Virus record (IMG/VR): IMGVR_UViG_3300048850_000167
Coordinates: 1-32,602 of that record
Reading direction: 5' to 3' (one strand)
DNA length: 32,602 nt
From: a virus
Lineage: Duplodnaviria; Caudoviricetes
The number at the start of each line of letters is the position of its first letter. The first letter of the stretch is position 1. The position numbers and the translations under genes were made by a program. The notes below the pieces were generated by a model, which did no database searches, had not been told where the DNA came from, and was given only the letters and a program-made list of their open reading frames with translations. Below, in pieces: positions 15,047-23,917 of this stretch.

Positions 15047-16207
15047 TCAGACCGTCAGGCTGTCGCCAAAGCCGGCGTAGTATTTGTCGGTGATGCGCTG
15101 GTTCAGCTGCAGGCCTTCGAGCGGCGCGCAGGGCGTGTAGTCATAGTCGAGCACCAGGTTGCCGCCCGTCAGGTTGCCCGTCGGGTTCGACGCCGGATCG
15201 TACCAGCAGGACGCGCCAATCAGCCGGCCGTTGGTCGTCCAGTCGGTCAGCTTGCCGTTGATCTTGTCGACCAGGAAGGTGACGAGGCCCTTCGTCAGCG
15301 GCTTGTCGATGTAGGGCGCGCAGGCATCGGCGATCACGTCCTGGATCGCCTGTGACGTGCGCACCGCCACTTCAAACACGAACGCCGGTTCGTCGCTGCA
15401 GGTGCGGTTGCCCCAGAAGCGGAAGCCGTTCGGCCGGACAATCGTGGTGACGGGCGCGGCGTTGAGCACGCCGGCATCCGTCGACATGTCGCGGATGTCG
15501 AAATGCACGTCCTTGGTGATGCCGGTGATGCCGGCGACGACGTTGTTGGACAGCGACTGGTGCCAGCCCACCTTCTCGTCGAGCATCGCGCGCAAGCCGA
15601 GCGCGGTGGCGATCGCCTGGCCGTCCCATCCGGTGGCATCGGGCCAGATCAGCATGAGCTCGCGATCGGCGAAGTTCTCCCGATAGGTCACCGCCTGGTC
15701 ACGGGTCTCGGCGCCGGCGCACGAGGCATAGACGAAGCCGCGCAGCTTCTTGGCGATCGTGACGAGATCCTGGACGACGTCGAGGTTGTCGAGGCCGGGA
15801 GCGCCAAGGATCCGCGGCTTGACGCCGAGCACGCCCTCCGCCGCGAGCAGCGCGCGCAGGCCGGTGTAGACACCGTTAGCGGTGCCGCCGATCACGTTCG
15901 CGGAAGTTGCCTCCGCGTCCGCGCCCTCGGCCACACGCACGACGACAACGAGTGGCGAGCCCTGCTTACCGATCGCTGTCAGCGCAGCCGCCAGGGTGCC
16001 GCCAGTGCCGGCGAGGCCGGCCGCAGCGCGCGCGTCGGTGACGAGCACCGGACGGTTCAGCGGGAATGCTGCCTCGAGCTTGGCGATAGCCTCGACGCCG
16101 ACAGCGGTTGCGGTGGCGATCAGGCCGATCACGGCGGTGGACTTCTCCAGCGTCGTGGTGACGCCGTCGGTGGGTTCGGTGACGATGATGCCGTGAAAAA
16201 AGGCCAT
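15047..16207 (-). CDS. FI: Tail sheath protein (386 aa)
   Basis: Start MAFFHG; KPRILGAPGLD, GWHQSLSN, GFRFWGNRTCS, DYDYTP. Confidence 0.95.
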   Translation of the reverse strand: MAFFHGIIVTEPTDGVTTTLEKSTAVIGLIATATAVGVEAIAKLEAAFPLNRPVLVTDARAAAGLAGTGGTLAAALTAIGKQGSPLVVVVRVAEGADAEATSANVIGGTANGVYTGLRALLAAEGVLGVKPRILGAPGLDNLDVVQDLVTIAKKLRGFVYASCAGAETRDQAVTYRENFADRELMLIWPDATGWDGQAIATALGLRAMLDEKVGWHQSLSNNVVAGITGITKDVHFDIRDMSTDAGVLNAAPVTTIVRPNGFRFWGNRTCSDEPAFVFEVAVRTSQAIQDVIADACAPYIDKPLTKGLVTFLVDKINGKLTDWTTNGRLIGASCWYDPASNPTGNLTGGNLVLDYDYTPCAPLEGLQLNQRITDKYYAGFGDSLTV

Positions 16208-16218
16208 GGGCGGGATCC

Positions 16219-16584
16219 TCAAGCGGTGACGGGACGAAGGGGGATGGTGAGCGTGGCCAGACCGTTGCGGCCGGCTGTGTCGGTGCGCTCGCCCTGCAGA
16301 GTCAGCACCGCGCGGCCGAGTGCCGCGTTTTCTTCGCCAGCGATTGAAACGCGGCTCAGCTTGAGGCGCGGTTCCCAGCGGGCGATCGCCACGGCGGCCG
16401 CGGCGAAAGCGCGCATGCGGGTGAGCGGGTTGAGAGGCGTGTCGGTGAGCTCGAACAGCGCGGACCCATAGTCGCGGCGCATGACGCGGGTCCCGATCGG
16501 CGTCGACAGCAGCTTGCCGATCGACTGCTCGAGGTGCGCGTCGCCGCTGAGCGGCTTGCCGGTTTCGGCGTCCATGCCAATCAT
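16219..16584 (-). CDS. W: Baseplate wedge protein gpW (gp25-like)
   Basis: HLEQSI..LLSTPIGTRVMRRDYGS, RWEPR. Confidence 0.93.
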   Translation of the reverse strand: MIGMDAETGKPLSGDAHLEQSIGKLLSTPIGTRVMRRDYGSALFELTDTPLNPLTRMRAFAAAAVAIARWEPRLKLSRVSIAGEENAALGRAVLTLQGERTDTAGRNGLATLTIPLRPVTA

Positions 16585-17102
16585 TCCGGCTTGCCCGACT
16601 TGTCGGTACCGAGCTTGACCAGCCCGTGGACGTGATCGGCGAGGGACACGCCCTTGCCTGTGACATCGCCGGTCGCGGAGATCTCCCCCTCAACCGACAG
16701 CGGGCCAACTAGGTTGATCCCGCCAGGGGCCTCAATGCGGGCAGTGCCGGCCGCGGGCAGGATGGCTGTGAGGGCGTGCGCGGTGGCGTCGTATGCGAGC
16801 ACGGCGCCGTCGGGGAACTCGATCAGCTCGCGCGTCGGGTCGCCGATCGGCGGGTGTGCGGCGCTCGAGACGCCGCGCAGGGCGATGGCACCGGCCGTAT
16901 CCCCGCCCGGGCACAGCAGCAGGATCTGCTCGCCGGGGCTAGGTGGCGACCAGCTGCGCGTTCTGCCGGCGCGGAGCTCGATCCAGCGGATCGGTTGGGT
17001 GAGGACATCGCCGGTCGAGACGACGCAGCGACCTGCGGCCAAGTCGACGGATGCGACCTGGCCGTAGCGGATCAGTCCCTCAAGCGCGTCATCTTCGTCC
17101 AT
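16581..17102 (-). CDS. V: Baseplate spike gpV
   Basis: RAGRTRSWSPPSPGEQ, FPDGA...YD, C-terminal HxH (DHVH). Confidence 0.93.
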   Translation of the reverse strand: MDEDDALEGLIRYGQVASVDLAAGRCVVSTGDVLTQPIRWIELRAGRTRSWSPPSPGEQILLLCPGGDTAGAIALRGVSSAAHPPIGDPTRELIEFPDGAVLAYDATAHALTAILPAAGTARIEAPGGINLVGPLSVEGEISATGDVTGKGVSLADHVHGLVKLGTDKSGKPE

Positions 17103-17146
17103 CCCGGCGACCGTGCCTTAGGCAGCGACGTGCCGCGCGCGCGGGT

Positions 17147-17171
17147 TGTTGTAGGTCGTCGACCTACAACA
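17147..17171. promoter_or_regulatory. Late-activator (Ogr-type) palindrome upstream of V
   Basis: TGTTGTAGGTCG-T-CGACCTACAACA. Confidence 0.85.
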
Positions 17172-17227
17172 GTGCGGAAGCCGCACCAAGACGACTTCCG
17201 GCGCGCGCTGATACTAGGCGCCGTTTC

Positions 17228-17518
17228 TTAAATCAGCACTTCGTCCACAGGCTCAGGATCGGGCCACTTCTCGAACTCGTAGGTAGCGGCTTCGATGAAC
17301 TGGCCGGTCGCAGCGGCAAGGAAGCTGGGAGGCTCGACACCGTCGGGAAGCACCGTGATGAACGCGTCGGTGCGGTCGATGTCGGCCGCCGCCTCCAGGT
17401 GATCGAAGAGGCGGGTGCGATCCGCCTTGTTGGTGAACCGGAACGCGTAGTTGGTCTCCACCACATTCGCGGTCATGACGTCGTTTGCCTTGGTGGAGGC
17501 GAGAATAAGAAGGCGCAT
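17228..17518 (-). CDS. Hypothetical acidic protein downstream of the tailspike (chaperone position)
   Basis: 96 aa, GAGG RBS, last gene of the J-I-H-spike unit. Confidence 0.65.
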   Translation of the reverse strand: MRLLILASTKANDVMTANVVETNYAFRFTNKADRTRLFDHLEAAADIDRTDAFITVLPDGVEPPSFLAAATGQFIEAATYEFEKWPDPEPVDEVLI

Positions 17519-17549
17519 CGTACTGCCTCTCTGAAGCTGTTCAATTCGG

Positions 17550-19505
17550 TTAGGCGGAGACGGTGTAGGAGAACGGGTAAGGGTTCGGCTCTCCCCGCAG
17601 ATCGACCGTCACGCGGATGCTGACCGCAGCGCCAGTGACTGCCGCGTTGGTCAGGGCAGTTACTTGCGTCGGCGAGGTGGCACCGGGGAAGACCGCCTTG
17701 GTATTTTGCGGGTCTCCGAGATACTCAACCCGGACGTGATCCAGCGCCAGCGGGCGGCAGCACAGCCCATGCGCGACCTGGACGGACTGAGAGCCCACGG
17801 GGATGGTCAGCGTCTGCACCTTCCGGACTGGCAAGCCGCAGTTCTCGCCGAAGATGATGTTGCCTGCCTGGCTACAGATGACCGGGTTCGCCACCGGCCC
17901 CAGGAAAGTCGCATGGGCGAGATAGTTGCCCGTGCCGCCGTTGAAGAAATAGTCGATGCGCTGGTTGGTGGTGTCCTGGTTACCGGTGACGTTGCCGGAG
18001 ATGTGTGCACCAGAGCAGTTCGTGAACAGCATGCCGGCCGAGCCGGGCGCATCGGGCCGCCCGTTGTCGATCACGATGTTGAGGACGACGCGCAAGCTGC
18101 TGATGGTCGGGCTGTCGTACTGGACCGAGATGCCAGCAAGCTCGGCGGTAGCCGGGTTCTGTCCGCTCCGGCGCACGGTGTTCCCGTCAATGATGCAGCC
18201 CAGGCCCCGCATCACGATGCCGTGGCCACCGCTGAAGTCGATCTGACATTTGGTGACCGTGACACGCTTGTAATAGCCGTTGACGTCGTCGCCGAAGACC
18301 TTGACGGCATTGTAGCCGGCGCGGTCCATGATGCAGGCATCGATCAGGATGTCGCGACGCTCGCCCCAATCGACTTCGGGATAGTTGGCCACGCCCCCTG
18401 CCGAGTCCCCGACCTTGATGTCGAAGTGCTGGAACTTGTTGTCGTACAGCTTCACGCGGCTGAACCGCGCCTTCATGCAGCCGGCGAAGAGGTCGATCCC
18501 GTCCTGGGCATTGTCGTGGTACTCGCCCTCGACCACATCGAGGAAGCGGACCCGCGACACCGTCTTGAGACCATCGCCGCCAACCTTGGCGTGGTGCCCA
18601 CGGCAATTGTAGATCGAGACGTTGTCGACGTAGCCGTAGGTTGCGCCCAGACCGGTGACGTCGTTGCGGCCGAGGTAGATCGGGTGCGACGAATAGCCGA
18701 AGTCGGAATAGCTGACCGAGGCGCGTGCGCACTGCTTGATCCACAGCCCGGAATAGCCCTTCCACGCGCGGATGCGGGTGAAGTTCAGTTCCGCGCGTGC
18801 ATGATCGACCTCGATCGAGGCGAACTGCGACGAGTGATCGGTCGCTTCTTCGATCGTGAGGCCGTCCGCGTCGAACACGCCAGCAGTCAGGATGCTCAGC
18901 AGCGCCGCGGTGATGACGCCGCTACGTCGGATCCCGAGGTCTCCGAACTTGACGCCGGTGAACCAGGTGCCGAGCCCGCCGCCATTGACCGCGTACTGCT
19001 TGCCGCGCGTCCCGACCACGCGACCGCCCTTGGCCGCAGCGATGACGATGGCGTCGCGGATTGCCGCGGTGGAGTCCGCGCCCAGCGGATAGGGGACCGC
19101 CCCCAGCTGCTCGACGTGAATATCGACAGGCGCCAGCACGAAACCGCGGGTTGCGCCTTGCTCGGTGCGGGTCAGGAAGGCGCTGTTCGGGTTGGCGGCA
19201 ACATAGTCGGCGTCGACGGTCGCGTCGTAGACGAACTCCACGCCGAGGCGGTCGGCAAGCTTGATACGCGTCGTGCCGCTGTGCACCATGTTCGAGCGGG
19301 CAGCCATCTGCGCGAAGGTGCCGACCGACATGACATTGCCGCCGGTTTCGCCCCGGTCGCCCTTGTACCAATTCTGCAGGAACGGCGTGATCAGATCACG
19401 AAGGCCAGCCATGGTGGCGCGTCGGGTGGTGCCATTCTGGACGATCGGCAGGTGTTCGTCGCCGGAGAGCGCCTCGGCAACGTCGAGCGCGGTGATCTTG
19501 GCCAT
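17550..19505 (-). CDS. Tailspike with right-handed beta-helix (putative polysaccharide depolymerase), 651 aa
   Basis: Start MAKITAL; DSTAAIRDAI helix cap; repeats such as DNAQDGID, GGHGIV, IIDGNTV, ISGNV. Confidence 0.82.
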   Translation of the reverse strand: MAKITALDVAEALSGDEHLPIVQNGTTRRATMAGLRDLITPFLQNWYKGDRGETGGNVMSVGTFAQMAARSNMVHSGTTRIKLADRLGVEFVYDATVDADYVAANPNSAFLTRTEQGATRGFVLAPVDIHVEQLGAVPYPLGADSTAAIRDAIVIAAAKGGRVVGTRGKQYAVNGGGLGTWFTGVKFGDLGIRRSGVITAALLSILTAGVFDADGLTIEEATDHSSQFASIEVDHARAELNFTRIRAWKGYSGLWIKQCARASVSYSDFGYSSHPIYLGRNDVTGLGATYGYVDNVSIYNCRGHHAKVGGDGLKTVSRVRFLDVVEGEYHDNAQDGIDLFAGCMKARFSRVKLYDNKFQHFDIKVGDSAGGVANYPEVDWGERRDILIDACIMDRAGYNAVKVFGDDVNGYYKRVTVTKCQIDFSGGHGIVMRGLGCIIDGNTVRRSGQNPATAELAGISVQYDSPTISSLRVVLNIVIDNGRPDAPGSAGMLFTNCSGAHISGNVTGNQDTTNQRIDYFFNGGTGNYLAHATFLGPVANPVICSQAGNIIFGENCGLPVRKVQTLTIPVGSQSVQVAHGLCCRPLALDHVRVEYLGDPQNTKAVFPGATSPTQVTALTNAAVTGAAVSIRVTVDLRGEPNPYPFSYTVSA

Positions 19506-19509
19506 GGCG

Positions 19510-20694
19510 TCAGCGTCCGAACACAAGGAGGTTGATGCCGTCGATGCGGCGGTCGTTCTGATCGTCGGCCTGGACCTGGACGACGCACGAGGCAGCACCG
19601 GGAGCGCCGACGATCTGGGTCCACCCGTCACGCGCCTGGCTGACCGCGGAGATGTACGGGCAACTCAGCGCGAACAGGCAGCCGTTGGGGAAGGCGATGG
19701 GGTAAGCGACCGTCACGGCGGGTTCGTCCGCGAGCAGCGCCCGATAGGTCACCCACTGGACGATGAACCCGTCGGGCAGCGTGTAGTAGCCCGACGCATC
19801 GAACAGCTTGGCGAGCCCGCCGAACGACGCCGGCGTGAGCGCGACGTTGCCGGCGACGGCGTTGAGCAGCTGCTCGGCCGTCGCCGCCGGGACCGAGATC
19901 GTGACGTCGGTGGCGAGGCTGCCGCCGCCCAGCGCCAGGCCATCGGTGTTGATGCGGCGAACCAGCGGCACGCGCGCGGCGATGGATGCCAGCATGTTGA
20001 CCAGGCTTGCCGGGGTCAGCGCCTTGTTCGCGAGGGAGCCGGCGTCCGCTTCTGCCGCGGACGCTGCAGGCACCGTGATGGTGCGGTCGGCGGTGAGGTC
20101 GCCGCCACCGGTGGCGAGGCCGCCGGTGCTGATGCGCCGGCCAAAGATCGAGCCGGTCAGCGCCGAGAGGCGTTGCGCCAGCGTGCGCGGCGTGACGATG
20201 CGCTGGGTGTCGGTGCCGGTGTCGACCTCGGCCTGTGTCGCCAGCTCGGCGACGCCCTTGGTCTCAGTGGTCGCCGGCGGGTTGAGGAAGTTGGTGTCGC
20301 CGAAGCGCAGTGCCGCGACCTGGCCGACCGGGAAGGCGATATCGAGCGCCAGGTGCATCTCGCTCGCTGTCGACTTCTCGAACAGCGGCGCGTCGTGGCA
20401 ATAGGCGGCGAGCAGCGTGCCGTCGGCGAGGAACAGCCCGAAGCCGCGCACGGTGTAGGCGAGCGGCTCGGCATCGCGCACGACCATGTGCACGACATTG
20501 TCGCCCACCAGGTCGCCCGACACCGTTTCGACGCTGCGGAACTCGCCCGGCAGCGCGGTGAGCGTGGGCGCGGCAACGAAGGCTCGGTCGGTGAGCCCGA
20601 CGCGCGCGACCTTGAGGTCGATGGCGTTGCCGAGCTGGGCGGCAGCGAAGCGCGCCTGGCCCGCCTGGGTGATGACGAGAACGAGTTTGCTCAT
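19510..20694 (-). CDS. H: gpH-like short tail fibre with internal repeats
   Basis: N-terminal baseplate anchor (ITQAG, GFGLFLADGTLLAAY), PATTETKGVAELATQAE, two RRIxTxGLAxGGGxL repeats, C-terminal SGYYTLPDGFIVQW. Confidence 0.85.
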   Translation of the reverse strand: MSKLVLVITQAGQARFAAAQLGNAIDLKVARVGLTDRAFVAAPTLTALPGEFRSVETVSGDLVGDNVVHMVVRDAEPLAYTVRGFGLFLADGTLLAAYCHDAPLFEKSTASEMHLALDIAFPVGQVAALRFGDTNFLNPPATTETKGVAELATQAEVDTGTDTQRIVTPRTLAQRLSALTGSIFGRRISTGGLATGGGDLTADRTITVPAASAAEADAGSLANKALTPASLVNMLASIAARVPLVRRINTDGLALGGGSLATDVTISVPAATAEQLLNAVAGNVALTPASFGGLAKLFDASGYYTLPDGFIVQWVTYRALLADEPAVTVAYPIAFPNGCLFALSCPYISAVSQARDGWTQIVGAPGAASCVVQVQADDQNDRRIDGINLLVFGR

Positions 20695-21350
20695 GGGGCG
20701 GTGTCCAGAAAGCTGCCGGCCTCCGCCTGGAGGGGCTCGCCATCTTCGGTCTGAAGATAGAAGCCCCAGGCGGGCGAGGTGTCGAAGTCGGGAATGGTGT
20801 CGGCACGCCGCATGTCGGCCAGACGCCCGGCACCCTGGATGCCGACTTCACTGGTGAGTGCGAGCGTCTGGGCGAGGATGAAGTGCTCGCGCGTCGGCTT
20901 CACGCGCGCCACGTCGCGCACGATGGCCTCGGCAAAGGCGGCGGTAGCGCGCCGGCCGCCGGGCTCCACCTCATCGCCGGCAATGGGCAGGCGAACCTCG
21001 AAGGTGTTCGGCTGCGCACGCGGTGACGCCTGGTGCCACTCCACCAGTTCGAGCAGCCGGTCAAAGCGGGTGAGTACCGACTTCACCGATGCCGGCGTGC
21101 CCTTGGTGCGGTGGAGCGCGATCGAGCCAGCGGCCGCATCACGCTTGTCCTGCTCACTCCAGTCTTCGCCCCAACTGTCGACGGATAGTCCCCAAGCGAT
21201 CCACGGCAGCGCGGCAGCCGAGCTCCGCTGCGGAAAGACCACCTGCTCGAGCGGGTACGGCACCTCGCCCAGGCGCGCGACGCCTTGCTCGAGCGCGCGC
21301 TCGAGCGGCGTCGAGTTCGGCGGCAGCAGCGAGACGCGCTTAGGCGTCAT
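20691..21350 (-). CDS. I: Baseplate/tail protein gpI
   Basis: SLLPPNSTPLERAL, LPWIAWGLSVD.W, HRTKGT, EWHQ. Confidence 0.93.
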   Translation of the reverse strand: MTPKRVSLLPPNSTPLERALEQGVARLGEVPYPLEQVVFPQRSSAAALPWIAWGLSVDSWGEDWSEQDKRDAAAGSIALHRTKGTPASVKSVLTRFDRLLELVEWHQASPRAQPNTFEVRLPIAGDEVEPGGRRATAAFAEAIVRDVARVKPTREHFILAQTLALTSEVGIQGAGRLADMRRADTIPDFDTSPAWGFYLQTEDGEPLQAEAGSFLDTAP

Positions 21351-22236
21351 AGCCGCCGTGCGTCAGGGTGATGCGGGTGCAATATGCCGCCTGCGTCGGA
21401 TCGCAGACGACGTCGGCCGTAGGCGCCACAATCTCGACGCGCATCACACCGGGGACGTGCAAGGCGGCGTACAGGGCAGACAGGGTGATGTCTCGGCCCA
21501 GGCGCTGGCTTTCGGCGAGATAGGCGTCCAGGGAGGATCGTGCTGCGGTCAGCACCACGCCAACATCGGGACCGCTGAAGGTGACGAGCCGGGCCGCGAG
21601 TTCGAAGCGCCGGATCTCGGCAGAGGCTACGATGACCAGGTCGCCGAGGGGCCGCACGCTGTCGCTGCCTACCACGGCCTCGACCTTGGCAAGCAGATCC
21701 GGGCGCGCCGTACCGTCGCCGTCCCGCGCGAGCACCGCGACCAGCACCTCGCCAGGGGCAGGCGAGGTGGCGCTGGCGTCACGCACTGCCCCATCGGCCG
21801 ACTTGGCATGGTACACGTAGGCGAGTTCCGGACCGGCGACCGAGAAGCTCTCCGGCGCGAGGACGATGCGTTGCCGCAGCGCCCCGTCGCCCTCCATCGT
21901 GGGCGGGATGCCGCGTGACGGGTCGCCCGCGTCAATCGTCAGGCGAGCGACGCCGACAAGGGCAGCGAGTTGATCCAGGTTGGCGCCGGTGGCCGAGGCG
22001 ACCATCAGCTGGCGAGCGGCGTCGTTCACGGCTGCGCGGTGCAGCTGCAGGTGGTAGGCGGCGACCTGCAGCACGATCACCGCCGGATCAGAATCAACCG
22101 TCGCGTCGAAGCCCGGAAGTCGTGCCTGCACGTCGGCAACCATCTGCGCGACGACCGTGTCGAACGGCAGTTGCTCGATCAGATCCGGCGCGGGAAGGCT
22201 GGACAGGTCGAGGGTAGAAGCGGTGGTGGCGGCCAT
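21340..22236 (-). CDS. J: Baseplate protein gpJ
   Basis: DLSSLPAPD, LRQRI.LAPE.FSVAGP..AY..HA, VRPLGD. Confidence 0.95.
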   Translation of the reverse strand: MAATTASTLDLSSLPAPDLIEQLPFDTVVAQMVADVQARLPGFDATVDSDPAVIVLQVAAYHLQLHRAAVNDAARQLMVASATGANLDQLAALVGVARLTIDAGDPSRGIPPTMEGDGALRQRIVLAPESFSVAGPELAYVYHAKSADGAVRDASATSPAPGEVLVAVLARDGDGTARPDLLAKVEAVVGSDSVRPLGDLVIVASAEIRRFELAARLVTFSGPDVGVVLTAARSSLDAYLAESQRLGRDITLSALYAALHVPGVMRVEIVAPTADVVCDPTQAAYCTRITLTHGGYDA

Positions 22237-22280
22237 GCCGCCATGTCGCGGGCGGAGTGCGGGTGCGGCTAGCGCGGTTG

Positions 22281-22303
22281 GTTGTAGGTGCGGGACCTAC
22301 AAC
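22281..22303. promoter_or_regulatory. Late-activator palindrome upstream of J
   Basis: GTTGTAGGT-GCGGG-ACCTACAAC. Confidence 0.85.
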
Positions 22304-22315
22304 AGCGCAGGCGCT

Positions 22316-22531
22316 CTAGCGCTTCTTCAGGATCACCATCTTCGGCCCCTCACCGCAGCTGGCGCATTCGCCATGGTAGCGACGATAAAGCGGGATCTCT
22401 TCCAGCACGCCGGTAATCGCCTGCGCCTGCTGGCGCCGGGGCAATCCCAGGTCGTCGGCCAGGCAGTTGTCGCACCAGGCTTGCTTCAGTTCGTCCAGTC
22501 GCGCGATCAACCTGCGGGGACCTTCCGTCAT
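22316..22531 (-). CDS. Small zinc-binding accessory protein (71 aa)
   Basis: CDNC...CASC pairs; GGAG RBS before MTEG. Confidence 0.65.
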   Translation of the reverse strand: MTEGPRRLIARLDELKQAWCDNCLADDLGLPRRQQAQAITGVLEEIPLYRRYHGECASCGEGPKMVILKKR

Positions 22532-22594
22532 ATCCGCTCCATGCTTGCTGTGCCGCGGCCGAAGTGCCAGCGACAAGCATAGGCGCCATATCCG

Positions 22595-23104
22595 CTAGGC
22601 TTCCAGATGTTCCGCCACCCGCTCGAGCACCTGGGCGCGATCGGCGTCGGCGAAGCCGATCACCTGGCGCGCGGGATAGTCAGCCGCCGGCGAAGACGGA
22701 TCCCGGGTGACGGTGTCGCGCAGGCCGTATTGGTGGACCCGCATGATGCGCGCCATCGCGCCGACGAAACCCACCTGCGCCTCGCCTGCGCTGGTTTCCT
22801 TACGCAGGTAACGGGGCGCCGCAGCACGCAGGAACATCTTCTGCTGCCGGACGGTGCGGCGAATGCTGGTGACGCGATCGCGCAGACGGCGCGTGCGCGC
22901 CTTGCCGCTCTTCTTCAGCTTGCGCGGTTCCATCGCACTGCCGTCCGGCTCGACGTTCTCGTGCATCCGGCCGGCGTTCGCCTTCTGCAGATCGACGGCT
23001 ACGCGGGTCGCCAGCGCCTTGCGGGCTGCCGGCGTCATGCGGCGCGTCATATCCTCGATCGCATGATCGAGCGGCGTGAAGTCGCGGAAAGTCTCGTCCG
23101 CCAT
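22595..23104 (-). CDS. S: Virion morphogenesis / tail completion protein gpS
   Basis: ENVEPDGSAMEPRK, KMF, RVHQYGLRD, YPARQVIGF. Confidence 0.9.
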   Translation of the reverse strand: MADETFRDFTPLDHAIEDMTRRMTPAARKALATRVAVDLQKANAGRMHENVEPDGSAMEPRKLKKSGKARTRRLRDRVTSIRRTVRQQKMFLRAAAPRYLRKETSAGEAQVGFVGAMARIMRVHQYGLRDTVTRDPSSPAADYPARQVIGFADADRAQVLERVAEHLEA

Positions 23105-23538
23105 CAGCCGATCCGGCCGATAGACGCGCCGATCGGCGCGTCGTCGTCGAGCAGCGGCGTCGCCAGATGCACGAAGCCGTTGCCGACGCGGTCGATCGCC
23201 TCGTCCAGTTGGAGCGACACCAGGATGTCGACCTTCCTGTCGTCCAGGACATCGATCTCGAACGGTATCACGGCCGAGGTGTCGGTTGGACGGAGCAACA
23301 GGTTGGGCTGTTCGGTCGCCAGCCACTGGACCAGGGCGGCAAACAACGTGTCGGGATCCCCGGTGAAGTCGAGCAGCAGCAGCGAGAGCTCATACGCATA
23401 TTCCATGCGCGCGGCCGCGCCGGTGCCGTTCGACTTCACGTGCCCCTTGGACAGCCAGATCTTGAGCGCGTGCGGATCCCGTACGAGCTCGGGCAGCGCG
23501 GCCGTGATCGCAGCACGAAGGCTGTCCGGCTTTCTCAT
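23104..23538 (-). CDS. R: Tail completion protein gpR
   Basis: MRKPDSLRAAI, EYAYELSLLLLDFTG, WL..EQP. Confidence 0.9.
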   Translation of the reverse strand: MRKPDSLRAAITAALPELVRDPHALKIWLSKGHVKSNGTGAAARMEYAYELSLLLLDFTGDPDTLFAALVQWLATEQPNLLLRPTDTSAVIPFEIDVLDDRKVDILVSLQLDEAIDRVGNGFVHLATPLLDDDAPIGASIGRIG

Positions 23539-23606
23539 GATGCGTCCACCGGGATCCACCAGCCCAGGAGGAGCTTGGCCGCGATCAAAAGGAGGACGTC
23601 GATCAC
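23535..23606 (-). CDS. 23-aa hydrophobic micro-peptide (absent from the ORF track)
   Basis: MIDVLLLIAAKLLLGWWIPVDAS; GGAGG RBS; 4-nt overlaps at both ends. Confidence 0.55.
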   Translation of the reverse strand: MIDVLLLIAAKLLLGWWIPVDAS

Positions 23607-23917
23607 CGGCATGCCTCCGGGTCGTGCCAGCGGATCAGCCGCACCAGTTGGTCGCCGCGCGCGCGGAATGCTCGAGCAAGACGGATCGCTGCCGCGCGGA
23701 CGCCGTCCGGCATCTGGGCCTCCGCGTCGAGCGGGAAACCGGCCGGAGCCTCTGGGCAGGCGAGCAGATCGGCGGGCGGCGTGTCCTTCACCGGGACCGC
23801 AACCGGCACCGGGGTTGCGACGGGCACCTCAACGGCGTGGCGCGCGCAGCCCGGCAACGTCGTTGAGAGCAGCAAACCAAGGGCGATCGACGCGGTTCGT
23901 GGCGGAAGCTTCAGCAT
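23603..23917 (-). CDS. Outer-membrane spanin (Rz1/LysC-like lipoprotein)
   Basis: Signal peptide with LPG-C lipobox, Pro-rich, PPADLLACP; overlaps the 3' end of the i-spanin. Confidence 0.8.
   Translation of the reverse strand: MLKLPPRTASIALGLLLSTTLPGCARHAVEVPVATPVPVAVPVKDTPPADLLACPEAPAGFPLDAEAQMPDGVRAAAIRLARAFRARGDQLVRLIRWHDPEACR

Noticed and set aside
15047-16708. Long N-terminal extensions in the ORF track (FI, D, O, S, M, spike, spanins, E, DUF262)
   Set aside because: They overlap neighbouring real genes; starts were reassigned using family N-termini, RBS and stop/start coupling
17550-20694. Invertible tail-fibre cassette or diversity-generating retroelement
   Set aside because: No invertase, reverse transcriptase, flanking inverted repeats or TR/VR pair seen
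22529-22596. 10-bp direct repeat CATATCCGCT and a minus-strand TGGCAC (sigma54-like)
   Set aside because: The repeat does not flank the accessory gene, so it is not a target duplication; TGGCAC lacks the -12 TTGC
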